Shown here one piece after another: positions 9,374 through 18,700 of a stretch of 64,000 nucleotides of DNA. Every line of letters starts with the position of its first letter. The stretch's first letter is position 1. This DNA comes from Candidatus Pacearchaeota archaeon (GTDB lineage Archaea > Nanobdellota > Nanobdellia > Pacearchaeales > UBA284): NCBI GenBank assembly GCA_038894195.1, contig JAWAPZ010000001.1, positions 14,725 to 78,724 of the forward strand, given 5' to 3'. A program made the position numbers and the translations under genes. The notes beneath the pieces are model-generated. The model made no database searches. It was not told the DNA's origin and was given only the letters and a program-made list of their open reading frames with translations.

Positions 9374-9985
9374 ATGTTTTATGTGCTAGATATAGATGAT
9401 TACATTCGAGTAGAACCTGAATTATTTGCCTTGCCAACTAAAGATGCTGTTAAGAAACAGCTAGAAAAACAGTATGAAAATTATTTTGATGAAGAAATAG
9501 GGAGTGTTATAGCTGTTTTAGATGTCACACGTGTCGGTGATGGCATTTTGATACCTGGAGATGCTGCAGCTTACTATGATTCTTCTTTCTCATTACTTGT
9601 TTTTAAACCAATATTACAAGAGCTTGTGTATGGACAAATTTCAGAGATAACTAATTTTGGGGCTTTTGTGGATATTGGAGTAATTCAAGCAATGATACAT
9701 ATAAGTCAGACAATGGATGATTTTGTTTCATTCTCCAAAACAGGCGCTTTGCTTGGAAAGAACACTAAAAAAAGTTTGAAGAAAGGTGACTTGTGCCTTG
9801 CAAGAGTGATTGCAATAAGTTATAAAACTGAAGAACCAAAAATCGGCTTGACAATGAGACAGCCCGGCTTGGGTAAGTTAGAGTGGATTTCAGAAGAAAA
9901 AAGAAAAGCAAAATTACTGGCTGAAAAAGTTGCAAGAGCTGAAACCAAAGCTGAAAAAAGTAAAACAAAAGAGAAGAAAAAATGA
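9374..9985 (+). CDS. rpoE: DNA-directed RNA polymerase subunit E' (Rpo7), S1 domain
   Basis: MFYVLDIDDYIRVEPELF opening, FKPILQELVYGQISEITNFGAFVDIG (S1 fold) and conserved archaeal synteny with spt4-S24e-S27ae. Confidence 0.85.
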   Translation: MFYVLDIDDYIRVEPELFALPTKDAVKKQLEKQYENYFDEEIGSVIAVLDVTRVGDGILIPGDAAAYYDSSFSLLVFKPILQELVYGQISEITNFGAFVDIGVIQAMIHISQTMDDFVSFSKTGALLGKNTKKSLKKGDLCLARVIAISYKTEEPKIGLTMRQPGLGKLEWISEEKRKAKLLAEKVARAETKAEKSKTKEKKK

Positions 9986-10167
9986 GGGGACAAAAAGCAT
10001 GCAAAAAGTGTAAGATAATAGTTGAACAAGAAAAATGTCCTGTTTGCCAAGGAAATAATTTCACTGAAAGTTGGAAAGGGAAGGCCATTGTTTTTGACGC
10101 TGAAAAAAGTGAAATAGCTGCAAAGTTAAAGATAAAACAACCAGGAACTTACGCAATTAAAGTATAA
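9982..10167 (+). CDS. spt4: transcription elongation factor Spt4 (RpoE'')
   Basis: Zn ribbon CKKC...CPVC followed by SWKGKAIVFDAEKSEIAAKLKIKQPGTYAIKV. ATGA overlap with rpoE'. Confidence 0.8.
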   Translation: MRGQKACKKCKIIVEQEKCPVCQGNNFTESWKGKAIVFDAEKSEIAAKLKIKQPGTYAIKV

Positions 10168-10168
10168 A

Positions 10169-10486
10169 ATGAGGATCGAAAAACAAGAATATAAACCTTT
10201 AACGAGCAGAACCGAGATCGAAGCAAAAGTGGAAGCAAAAATAACCCCTTCTAACTTGCAGATTCAAGAAGAGCTCTCAAAAAAATTAGAAAAAGATAAA
10301 GAACTTATAGTGGTAAAGCATATTTATCAGAGTTTTGGGAAGCATGAGGCTAAAATCATTGCCTATGTCTATGACAGCAAAGAAGCTTTAAAAAAATTTG
10401 AGCCAAAGAAAAAAGAAAGAAAACAGGTGGTTAAAGAAGTTACAGGTGAAACAAAGGAAAAAGAAAAAATTGAGGAAAAGAAATAA
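10169..10486 (+). CDS. rps24e: 30S ribosomal protein S24e
   Basis: Length, position in the conserved cluster, and the KPLTSRTEIEAKV...IVVKHIYQSFGKHEAKIIAYVYDS pattern. Confidence 0.85.
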   Translation: MRIEKQEYKPLTSRTEIEAKVEAKITPSNLQIQEELSKKLEKDKELIVVKHIYQSFGKHEAKIIAYVYDSKEALKKFEPKKKERKQVVKEVTGETKEKEKIEEKK

Positions 10487-10494
10487 AATAAAAA

Positions 10495-10728
10495 ATGGTA
10501 GAGGAAAAGAAAGAACCAAAGAAGGAAAAAAAGGTAAAAGAGAGGAAAGGAAAAAAGGAAAGAAAGAATAAAAAAACGAGTGAAAGATGGAAAAAGTACA
10601 AGATTCAGCAAGATAAAATAGTCAAGGAAGGAAAATTCTGTCCACGATGTGGGCCTGGTGTTTTCTTAGCTAAACACAAAGACAGAATATTCTGTGGAAA
10701 ATGTCATTATACTGAATATGTTAAATAG
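10495..10728 (+). CDS. rps27ae: 30S ribosomal protein S27ae
   Basis: C-terminal Zn ribbon [26 protein letters not shown] after a Lys-rich N-terminus. Confidence 0.85.
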   Translation: MVEEKKEPKKEKKVKERKGKKERKNKKTSERWKKYKIQQDKIVKEGKFCPRCGPGVFLAKHKDRIFCGKCHYTEYVK

Positions 10729-10793
10729 TCTTAATTTATATTTTTCAAAATTTGCCAAGAAGTATAAAAAAAATATCTTTTTTGATTTTAAAA

Positions 10794-10851
10794 CCCTGGG
10801 AGAAGCTCTCAAGCAGATTCAAGGAGATTCGCCTAAAAGCTTCTCCTGGGG
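10794..10851 (+). other. uninterrupted 14-bp stem with a 30-nt loop, a GC-enriched hairpin in a 300-bp spacer
   Basis: CCCTGGGAGAAGCT (10794-10807) pairs with AGCTTCTCCTGGGG (10838-10851): 12 Watson-Crick pairs plus 2 G-U. The loop contains a direct AGATTC repeat. Function unknown. Confidence 0.5.
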
Positions 10852-10994
10852 AAAAAGAGGTGATACAATATTAACTACTCTTGAGTTTATAAAGCTTTCG
10901 GTTTGTTTAAATTATACAGTGACAACTTAGTATTTATAAATAAAATAAAGTTAAAGCGAACCTCTTCATTTACGAATTATTTGCTCAAAAACAA

Positions 10995-11006
10995 AGTTTA
11001 TTAAGC
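10995..11006 (+). promoter_or_regulatory. TATA-like box for scpA
   Basis: AAGTTTATTAAG is centred about 26 nt upstream of the ATG at 11026. Confidence 0.4.
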
Positions 11007-11025
11007 TTTTTTCTTTATTTTTAGT

Positions 11026-11850
11026 ATGGAAAAAGGGGAATTTAAAATCCTTCAGAATAAAACAGAAAAAACAGATAAAGTAACTCAAGAACAACTTTAC
11101 GATTTGCTTGTTTCAAGAGAATTAAGCTGGCAGGAAATAATACACGATCTGATAAAGACAGAGCAACTTGATCCTTGGGATATTGATCTTGTTTTACTTG
11201 CAAGAAAGTTTTTAGAAAGAATTATTAGGTTACAAGGGCAAGAAAATGTGTTTTTTATTTCTTCTAAAGTTCTACTTGCTGCCGCAATTCTTTTGAGAAT
11301 GAAATCCGAGATTCTCAGAGATAATATCAAAGACATAGACGAAATACTTTTTGAAGATAAAGAAAAGCAAAAGATGGAAATAGCCAAACCATTGCAATTG
11401 ATAACGCAAGAGCTTGGAATAATGAACTTAGACGAGGATGTCCTTGTGCCTAAGACTCCTCTGCCTAGAGCAAGAAAGGTTACCTTAAATGAGCTGATGC
11501 AAGCTCTGGAGCGTGCAATAAACACAGAACATAGGAGAATTAAAAGAAGATTGGTTTTAACAAGAGCGAGACGCGAGCTAGAGTATATCTTGCCAAGACC
11601 TTTGCTGAACATCCCACAAAAAATCCGTGAATTATGGGGTAGATTAAAAAATATCTTTTATAAAGAGAAAAAAGAAAAAATTATGTTTTCACAATTACTA
11701 TCCTCAAGTTCAAGGGAAGAAAAAATTGCAACTTTCTTGCCTTTAGTTTTTCTTGACCATCAAAAGCGTGTATGGCTTGAACAAGCAAAGCCTTTTGAAG
11801 ATATTGAAATCTGGATGAAACGACCGCAAAAAGAAACTATAAATACCTAA
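11026..11850 (+). CDS. scpA: segregation and condensation protein A (ScpA, kleisin)
   Basis: EQLDPWDIDLVLLARKFLERI is the characteristic ScpA N-terminal motif. The size (274 aa) fits. Confidence 0.75.
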   Translation: MEKGEFKILQNKTEKTDKVTQEQLYDLLVSRELSWQEIIHDLIKTEQLDPWDIDLVLLARKFLERIIRLQGQENVFFISSKVLLAAAILLRMKSEILRDNIKDIDEILFEDKEKQKMEIAKPLQLITQELGIMNLDEDVLVPKTPLPRARKVTLNELMQALERAINTEHRRIKRRLVLTRARRELEYILPRPLLNIPQKIRELWGRLKNIFYKEKKEKIMFSQLLSSSSREEKIATFLPLVFLDHQKRVWLEQAKPFEDIEIWMKRPQKETINT

Positions 11851-11912
11851 CTGTTTAAAAATTTTGAGTTTAAAAGTTTAAGATTAAGTTATGGCCTAGA
11901 AAAGATAGGTAA

Positions 11913-14159
11913 TCACTCAGGTATTATTACTTTGTATATTTCTCCAGTATTTTTTGATCTGAAAAATAAAACTCCGTTAGACACCTTATCTGCTGTGGTC
12001 CTTATTTCTTGACCATTAATGTTGTAAATCTCAAAGTTGTTAGTATATTTCTTAACATCACTTGCTTTCATGATTGTTGGAACTGTTGGAACTTGATAAG
12101 CATAGGTTTTTGTTGTTGCTTGTTCTTGTGTTGCATCTTTGATAGTGTATTCTATTCTTGGTGAGCTTGAAAATGTACTTGCTGGTGTGAAAAGCCAGTG
12201 ATCATTGCAATTATTTACTGTCAGTACTTCAATATTCCCTGTACTTGGATTGTAAGCAACTTTTGGTGATTTTGGAACTGGTTTAGTTCCGGTAGAAGGC
12301 CAAGAAGGTAAAAATACCCAAGTAACTCCATTGTAACAGCTCCAAGTATTTTCTTTATTTCCAGGAGTATGATAAACTTTGCCATCTTTTGTAATGGCAG
12401 CATCTCCTTTGTTCTTTCCTTTTGTTCCGCAATTTAATGTTGAAGAAAAAGTCCATTGACCACCTGCTGGTTTTATATAAAATTCATTAGTTTTTCCAGG
12501 AGCAAAATATCCTTTTCCTGTTGTGTCAAAACCAATAAAAGCACCCTCGTAACACTTATTCTTTGTTGTGTTTACCCCAGTCCAATTCCAGCTAGATCCA
12601 TTATATTCTCCAATTGCTGCCTTGCCATCACCTGTCTTTATGCCTCCTCCAGTGATACAAAGTTTTTTTGTTACTGAATTAAAACCAAGGTCTGTGCCTG
12701 CTTTAGGACGTTTTCCATCTATAGAAGGCTCTGCTCTTGGTTCCCATGTATTGCCTTTTAAAACATAAAAATGATTTGCAAGACTGCCGTCAGAAGTATA
12801 AAAGTAAGTACTTTCAGTTCCACCAAAATCACAATTTTCTAGTGCAGAGTATTTTGCTTTTCCAGGCAAGCTAGGTCCTTGTGTCCATTGTGTTGCGCCA
12901 GGAGTTAAATACCAAAATTCATTTGTTCCTCCCTTAGCTACTAGTATTGTTCCATCTTTTTTAACAGTCATTGCAGTTCCTTTCTTGCATTTTTTATCCC
13001 CCGGCAAATCAAGACCTCGATGCCAACCAAAATATTGCTGGGTTACAGTAAAAGTTACGGCGGAAAAATTATTTGATAAAGAAGTATCGGTTGGTACGTT
13101 TAACACTACATTAAGCGTGTAATCCCCCGCCGGTTGTAAATTAGGAACCTTAAAATTATAATTTTTGCTCTCTCCAGGAAAGATTGTATCTACAGGATAA
13201 TTCGTTTTATAAATAGTGTCTTGATTTGTGTTTGTTATAGAAACTGAAAGAGAACTGTTTCTTATAAACCAGTTTGAAAAGTCAAGAGAATTATAGCAAG
13301 TTATTTGTGCTGAATCTGGATCTATAGGAGGCATTTCCACAGAAACGCTCCCATCGGTTACAATTGGTACTATTTGACCGAGAGTAAGATCTATTGTAGT
13401 ATTTGGACGGCCAACTGTCAAAACATCTCCAAGCCTAGTTAAAGAAGTATCTGTTGGAGGAACTACAAGGCTCTCCAATGGTACTATTGTTTTGCCGTTT
13501 ATTGAAGGCCAGTGAACGACTCTAATATTATTATTGAACGTTTCTACCCCGAAAACGAATTGTAAAGTATCGCCTGGTCTTGGATACTCATCAGTAATAT
13601 TGAAATAAGACCTTTTAGTATCATAGGTTGTTGTGTCCTCAATTTGACAAAGTTTCTTATTGGAATTGTTGAAAACCCACACATAAGGTGATCCTGGATC
13701 GACTCCTTTGTTAATCCAAAAAATATTTGTTGTTAAATTAGTAGAATCTTTGTCATGAAGTACAACTGTAGGCAAAAATACTTCGGAAATTGACCAATTT
13801 CCTGGAAATAAAATTTTCGCTTCCTTGTTGTCAACACCATGAATGCATATTAAATTAGTATCCTCTTCTCTGATACCTAACCTATAAATAGCATCTTTTT
13901 CTCTATTCCATATAAAGTGAGAAGTATCTTCTTCTACATCGTTCTTGACAATAACTAAATCTATCGGTGGCGGAAAAACTCTGCCATACTTTGGAATAGA
14001 AGATCGTGGCATTTTTGCTGTTATTGCTTTATTTAATGCATAAAAACTACCGAAGGAGAAAAGTAAAGGAATAAACAGGTTTAAACACAAATTCCATAAA
14101 TTTTTTTTGAATTTGCCAAGCGGCTCTTCAACAATACGCTTAACAATTTTTTCCAGCAT
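11913..14159 (-). CDS. large secreted protein with N-terminal signal anchor and Kelch-like beta-propeller-type repeats
   Basis: 748-aa intact ORF with hydrophobic N-terminus LNLFIPLLFSFGSFYAL. Recurrent blades include GGTNEFWYLTPGATQWTQGPSLPG, NHFYVLKGNTWEPRAEPS and NEFYIKPAGGQWTFSS. The C-terminal beta-sandwich-like tail is FEIYNINGQEIRT...GVLFFRSKNTGEIYKVII. Confidence 0.6.
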   Translation of the reverse strand: MLEKIVKRIVEEPLGKFKKNLWNLCLNLFIPLLFSFGSFYALNKAITAKMPRSSIPKYGRVFPPPIDLVIVKNDVEEDTSHFIWNREKDAIYRLGIREEDTNLICIHGVDNKEAKILFPGNWSISEVFLPTVVLHDKDSTNLTTNIFWINKGVDPGSPYVWVFNNSNKKLCQIEDTTTYDTKRSYFNITDEYPRPGDTLQFVFGVETFNNNIRVVHWPSINGKTIVPLESLVVPPTDTSLTRLGDVLTVGRPNTTIDLTLGQIVPIVTDGSVSVEMPPIDPDSAQITCYNSLDFSNWFIRNSSLSVSITNTNQDTIYKTNYPVDTIFPGESKNYNFKVPNLQPAGDYTLNVVLNVPTDTSLSNNFSAVTFTVTQQYFGWHRGLDLPGDKKCKKGTAMTVKKDGTILVAKGGTNEFWYLTPGATQWTQGPSLPGKAKYSALENCDFGGTESTYFYTSDGSLANHFYVLKGNTWEPRAEPSIDGKRPKAGTDLGFNSVTKKLCITGGGIKTGDGKAAIGEYNGSSWNWTGVNTTKNKCYEGAFIGFDTTGKGYFAPGKTNEFYIKPAGGQWTFSSTLNCGTKGKNKGDAAITKDGKVYHTPGNKENTWSCYNGVTWVFLPSWPSTGTKPVPKSPKVAYNPSTGNIEVLTVNNCNDHWLFTPASTFSSSPRIEYTIKDATQEQATTKTYAYQVPTVPTIMKASDVKKYTNNFEIYNINGQEIRTTADKVSNGVLFFRSKNTGEIYKVIIPE

Positions 14160-14179
14160 AAAAGCTTTAGGTCTAACAC

Positions 14180-14193
14180 GTTTAAAAACCTTT
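14180..14193 (-). promoter_or_regulatory. BRE/TATA-like box AAAGGTTTTTAAAC for the 748-aa gene
   Basis: Centred about 25 nt upstream of the ATG at 14159. The same AAAGGTTTAAA-type motif recurs upstream of other genes in the window. Confidence 0.45.
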
Positions 14194-14395
14194 CGATTTT
14201 CTACTATTAAGAAGTTACTTTGTTTAAGGATTTACCACTTTTGGATAATTGTTTTTTAATAAAAATAGTGACACCTTATATATTATATAAAAATCTAATT
14301 TTCAAGTATGAATTTTTAATATTTAGGCTAAACAAAAGGTTTAAAAAGCCCAAAAACTTTGAATAAACGAAAGTTATATAAAATTATAACCTTGG

Positions 14396-15088
14396 TTGAT
14401 TGTTAATTTTAAAGGTTTTGAACTCAAAAATTATATATCTGAAAAGATGGTTCCAAAAATTCCTTGGGTATTAAAATTAAAAAAATCAATGCATAAAGAG
14501 GTAGCAAGAGCCCAAGATATTGTCATTGAAGAGCTTTATAAGATTTTTGATAAAGCTGTTTTGCATGGTGGAACAGCCATATGGAGATGTTATAAAGGAA
14601 ATAGATTTTCTGAAGATATTGATGTTTATATCCCAAAAAATTTAGAAAAGGTTGAGGAATTTTTCAAGAATCTTAAAAAAAGAGGTTTTATTATCCAAAA
14701 GAAAAAAATTACTGAGAATAGCATTTATTCTGTTTTGGAATTAAACAAAACAATTATTAGATTTGAAGCTTTATTTAAAAATGTTAAAGGTGAATTGAAA
14801 GAATATGAGACATCTGATGGAAATTTAATCACAATTTATACACTTAATCCAGAAGAAATTATAAAAGAAAAAATTAATACTTATTTAAAAAGAAAAAAAA
14901 TAAGAGATTTATATGATATTTTTTTCTTATTAAGGTTTATTGAAGAAAAAACTAAAATTAAAGAAAAGTTAAAAAAACTAATTAAAAATTTTGAGAAGCC
15001 TATTGATGAAAAAGAATTAAAAATTTTAATAATCGAGGGGCTTGTGCCTAGTGTAGAAAAAATGCTAGACTACATAGAAAGATTTTAA
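14396..15088 (+). CDS. AbiEii-type nucleotidyltransferase (type IV toxin-antitoxin toxin, DUF1814 family)
   Basis: LHGGTAIWRCYKGNRFSEDIDVYIP matches the AbiEii GGTAL...R.SxDxD nucleotidyltransferase core. The start is uncertain (TTG 14396 or ATG 14448). Confidence 0.7.
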   Translation: MIVNFKGFELKNYISEKMVPKIPWVLKLKKSMHKEVARAQDIVIEELYKIFDKAVLHGGTAIWRCYKGNRFSEDIDVYIPKNLEKVEEFFKNLKKRGFIIQKKKITENSIYSVLELNKTIIRFEALFKNVKGELKEYETSDGNLITIYTLNPEEIIKEKINTYLKRKKIRDLYDIFFLLRFIEEKTKIKEKLKKLIKNFEKPIDEKELKILIIEGLVPSVEKMLDYIERF

Positions 15089-15090
15089 AA

Positions 15091-15690
15091 ATGGGAAAAG
15101 AAAAATATTTAAAAAAGATAGAAGAATTATTTGAAAAAAGTCCTGTAGTCAGTTTTTTGTCTATTGCTAAAATTGTAAAAGATAAAAGGAATTCTAATAA
15201 ATATCCAAAACAATTAGTTAGAAATCTTATTTTGAAAGGAAAAATAAAAAAAATAACTAAAGGTTATTACACTGCTCATGAAGATCCTTCTCTTGCTGTT
15301 TTTTGCTTCAAACCATCTTATCTTGGATTGCAAGATGCTTTGAGTTTCCATGACTTATGGGAGCAAGAAACAATTCCAGTTATAATCACAACAAAAAAAG
15401 TAAGACAGGGTATAAGAAGAATTCTTGGAATCAATGTTTTAATTAAAAGAATAGATAAAAAATATTTTTTTGGTTACAATTATTACAAACAAGGAAATTT
15501 TTACTTGCCCTATTCAGACATTGAAAAAACTTTTATTGATATGATCTATTTCAAAGAAAAATTAAGTGAAGAGGCACTTAAAAATATTTTAGAAAAAATT
15601 AACAAGAAAAAATTAAATTCTTATTTAAAAATTTATCCAAAAAGAATAAAAAAAATAGTTTTAAAAATAGTTAATAATAAAAAAATTTAA
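15091..15690 (+). CDS. AbiEi-like antitoxin / winged-helix transcriptional regulator
   Basis: N-terminal wHTH ending in KGKIKKITKGYYT (AbiEi pattern G-x-L-x-R-x-x-RG-x-Y). C-terminal PSYLGLQDALSFHDLWEQ ... YLPYSDIEKTFIDMIY fits the AbiEi C-domain pattern. It starts 3 nt after the AbiEii stop. Confidence 0.6.
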   Translation: MGKEKYLKKIEELFEKSPVVSFLSIAKIVKDKRNSNKYPKQLVRNLILKGKIKKITKGYYTAHEDPSLAVFCFKPSYLGLQDALSFHDLWEQETIPVIITTKKVRQGIRRILGINVLIKRIDKKYFFGYNYYKQGNFYLPYSDIEKTFIDMIYFKEKLSEEALKNILEKINKKKLNSYLKIYPKRIKKIVLKIVNNKKI

Positions 15691-15734
15691 AAAAGGTTAA
15701 AAAGGAAAAAGAGGTTAAAAAGAGCAAAGAGAGG

Positions 15735-18700
15735 ATGAATAAAAAATCAGTTGTTAAGTTAAGTTTAGGCATCTTGATTGTAGTTTTGCTAGTGACAAGT
15801 CTCTTTCTGTTGCTGAAAAATGCTGGGCGAGTTGGCGCAAATCCTGATGTCCAGAATTTTTCAGTCGGTTCAGGCGATGGTTATGCCTATCATACTGGAG
15901 AGAACTATCCATCAGTTCATGATGCATCAACAGGAACATCAGCAGATTATACAAGTGAAACAGCAATAATAGGACAGAATTTTACAGAAGGGGCACCACA
16001 AGTTTTTGAAATTTGGAGAGGTTTTTTTCCAGTAGATACAAGTGCATTGCCTGATGGTGCTACAATAACAAATGCAACACTTTATTTTTATGTTTTAGAA
16101 GCTTATGATGCAGTAGATTATTGTTTAACTCAAACATCACAGGATTTTGTTAAAAATTTAAGTGAAAAAGATTATGACAATGCAGGTACTGGAGATGATT
16201 GTATTAATATAGGCTCTAGTGGATGGTATAGTATAACATTAAGCAAGTTATCTTGGATAAATAAAACAGGTTGGACAAAAATAGGATTAAGAAGCTCGAG
16301 GGATATACAAACCCAACAACCAGCTGGAGCAGAATATATTGTAGTAAATACAGCAAATGCTGCAGACAATCAACCTTATCTTGAAGTTGAGTATTCTGAA
16401 GAAGCAGGTGACAATTCTCCCAATGTTACACTAAATTTGCCAGAAGATGATACACAGGACAATGATGGTAATGTAACTTTTAATTGTAGTGCAGAAGATG
16501 ATTGGCAGCTGGTTAATTTAACATTATATGTTTGGAATTCAACTGGCCTTTATTATAGCAATACAACAAATATAAGCGGCACAATTAACAGCTCAATATG
16601 GCAACTTAATGAGATGCCTGCCGATAATTACTTGTGGAATTGTCTTGCTTATGACAATTCAAGCCAGTCAGCATGGGCAACAAGTAACTTTTCATTGTTC
16701 ATTCCTAATCGTGTTTATGATTGTCAAGAAATAAGTTCAGCAGGAGTTTATGTCTTGCAGAATAATATTGAAGAAAGTGGTAATGGGGTTTGTATAAACA
16801 TAACAGCTAATAATGTTATTTTTGATGGTCAGGGCCATATTATTGATGGCCGAAAATCCCCTAAAACTTATGGTATCTATTCATCAAGAAAAGGGAATAT
16901 AACACTAGAGAATTTTCTTGTTAAAGAATGGGAAACAGGAATCTATCTTTACCAAGTAGTAAATAGCAATGTTCAGAATGCTGCTTCTGATTCTAATGTC
17001 TATGGAATTTATTTAAACGCAAGCGATAACAACAATTTAACTGAGATGAGTTTTTTAGGCAACACTCTTGATGTTGTTATTTCAAGCAGTTCTAACAACA
17101 TTTTTATAAATCAAACATTTAATGAGACAACAGCAAGTTTCACTTATAATGGAAATTTTAATTTAACAAGTGTTGCATCGCCACCAAGCGATCCAGACGG
17201 TTATAAAAATATAAGTAAGTACATTAATATAACTGGGCTAGGATTAGTAGACTACTGGCTTTTTTTAAACATCTCGTACAGTGATGATGATCTTAATGGT
17301 ATTGATGAAAACACACTAAAAATATGGAAATATAGTGGAACATGGCAAGAGGATGGCTGGAATGGTTCAAGAGTTTTAGATACAACAAACAATATTGTTG
17401 GTGTTAATATAACTTCATTCAGCATTTTTGCACCACTTGGCCAAGAAGAACAAGGAGATCAGCAACCATCTGTGACTTTAAACTCGCCTCCTGACGGATC
17501 AACTGATACAGATGGTAACATAACATTTAATTGTACAGCATCAGACGATATTAACTTAACAAATGTCACGCTTTATGGAAACTTTTCTGGCTCTTGGACA
17601 AGCAATGGCACGAACTCTAGTCCTGAAAACAACACACCAGTCTTGTTTGATAGAACTCTTGAAAATGGAACTTACGTTTGGAATTGTTATGCTTGCGACA
17701 ATGCAAGCCAGTGTGCTTTTGCTTCAGCAAACCGCACGTTACATGTGAGCATTGGTGGTGGAGAGTATACGAATATCAGTGAGTGTGGCTGGATAAATTC
17801 ACCTGGAGAATATCGTGTAAATCAACCCCTTGTCAGTAATGGGACTTGTATAACTATAAATGCAAGCAATGTTGTGTTGAATTGTCAATATTATTACATT
17901 CATTATGGTAGTGATGGTGGTAATTCTAGATATGGTATTCACATTTTACAGGACAAAGAGAACATAGAAATAAAAAATTGCATGATATCCAGAAATGGAA
18001 CATCTGGCGACGAGCAATTTGGGATTTATGCAGCAGATAGGTGTCGTAATCTAACTATTAAAGATAATGTTCTACAAGGGGGAGGAATAAAGTTTTATTA
18101 CCATCCAAACAGTAGCAGTAAAATATTGAATAATAGTATTACTACTGAATCAAATAATTATAAAGGAATTTTAATAGATTTAAGCAACAATATTGATATT
18201 CTTAATAACACAATCTCTACTTCAGGTAGTTCGGCTTATGGCTTCGAGCTTAAGTCAAGTAGCTCCTTGAAATTGGAAAATAACAATGTTAGTGTTGCTA
18301 GTGTAAATTCTACTACTATCAAAGCATATAATATTTCAAATAGTTCTTTTAGAAGCAATCGCTTAATACTCAGTGCAATCAGTGAACCAACAAGTTCTGT
18401 GCTCCTAGAGCTATCTAATTATAATAATTTTTCCGAGAACATCCTAGAAATGGCAAACACAATCTCGGGCTTTTCTACTTTTAAACTTGTTGGTAGCAAT
18501 AATACAATATTTTTAAATAATACAATAATAACCGGGGCAAGTGGCCAACAGCTTCCGACTAAAATTTTTGATTTTAACTCAAGTGTAAATAATTTTATCA
18601 ATATTACAAATCTCTCTATTGGGGGACATCCGACAAGGATTTTTGAATTTAAAGGTAATGTAAATTCGACACAAGTTTTTAATTTATATGTTTCAGAAAC

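Noticed and set aside
10694-10930. 78-aa ORF following rps27ae
   Set aside because: It overlaps the 3' end of rps27ae by 35 nt, has no TATA or SD signal at a sensible distance, and has no recognisable motif. Its middle is better explained by the 14-bp RNA-type hairpin at 10794-10851. It is not annotated as a CDS.
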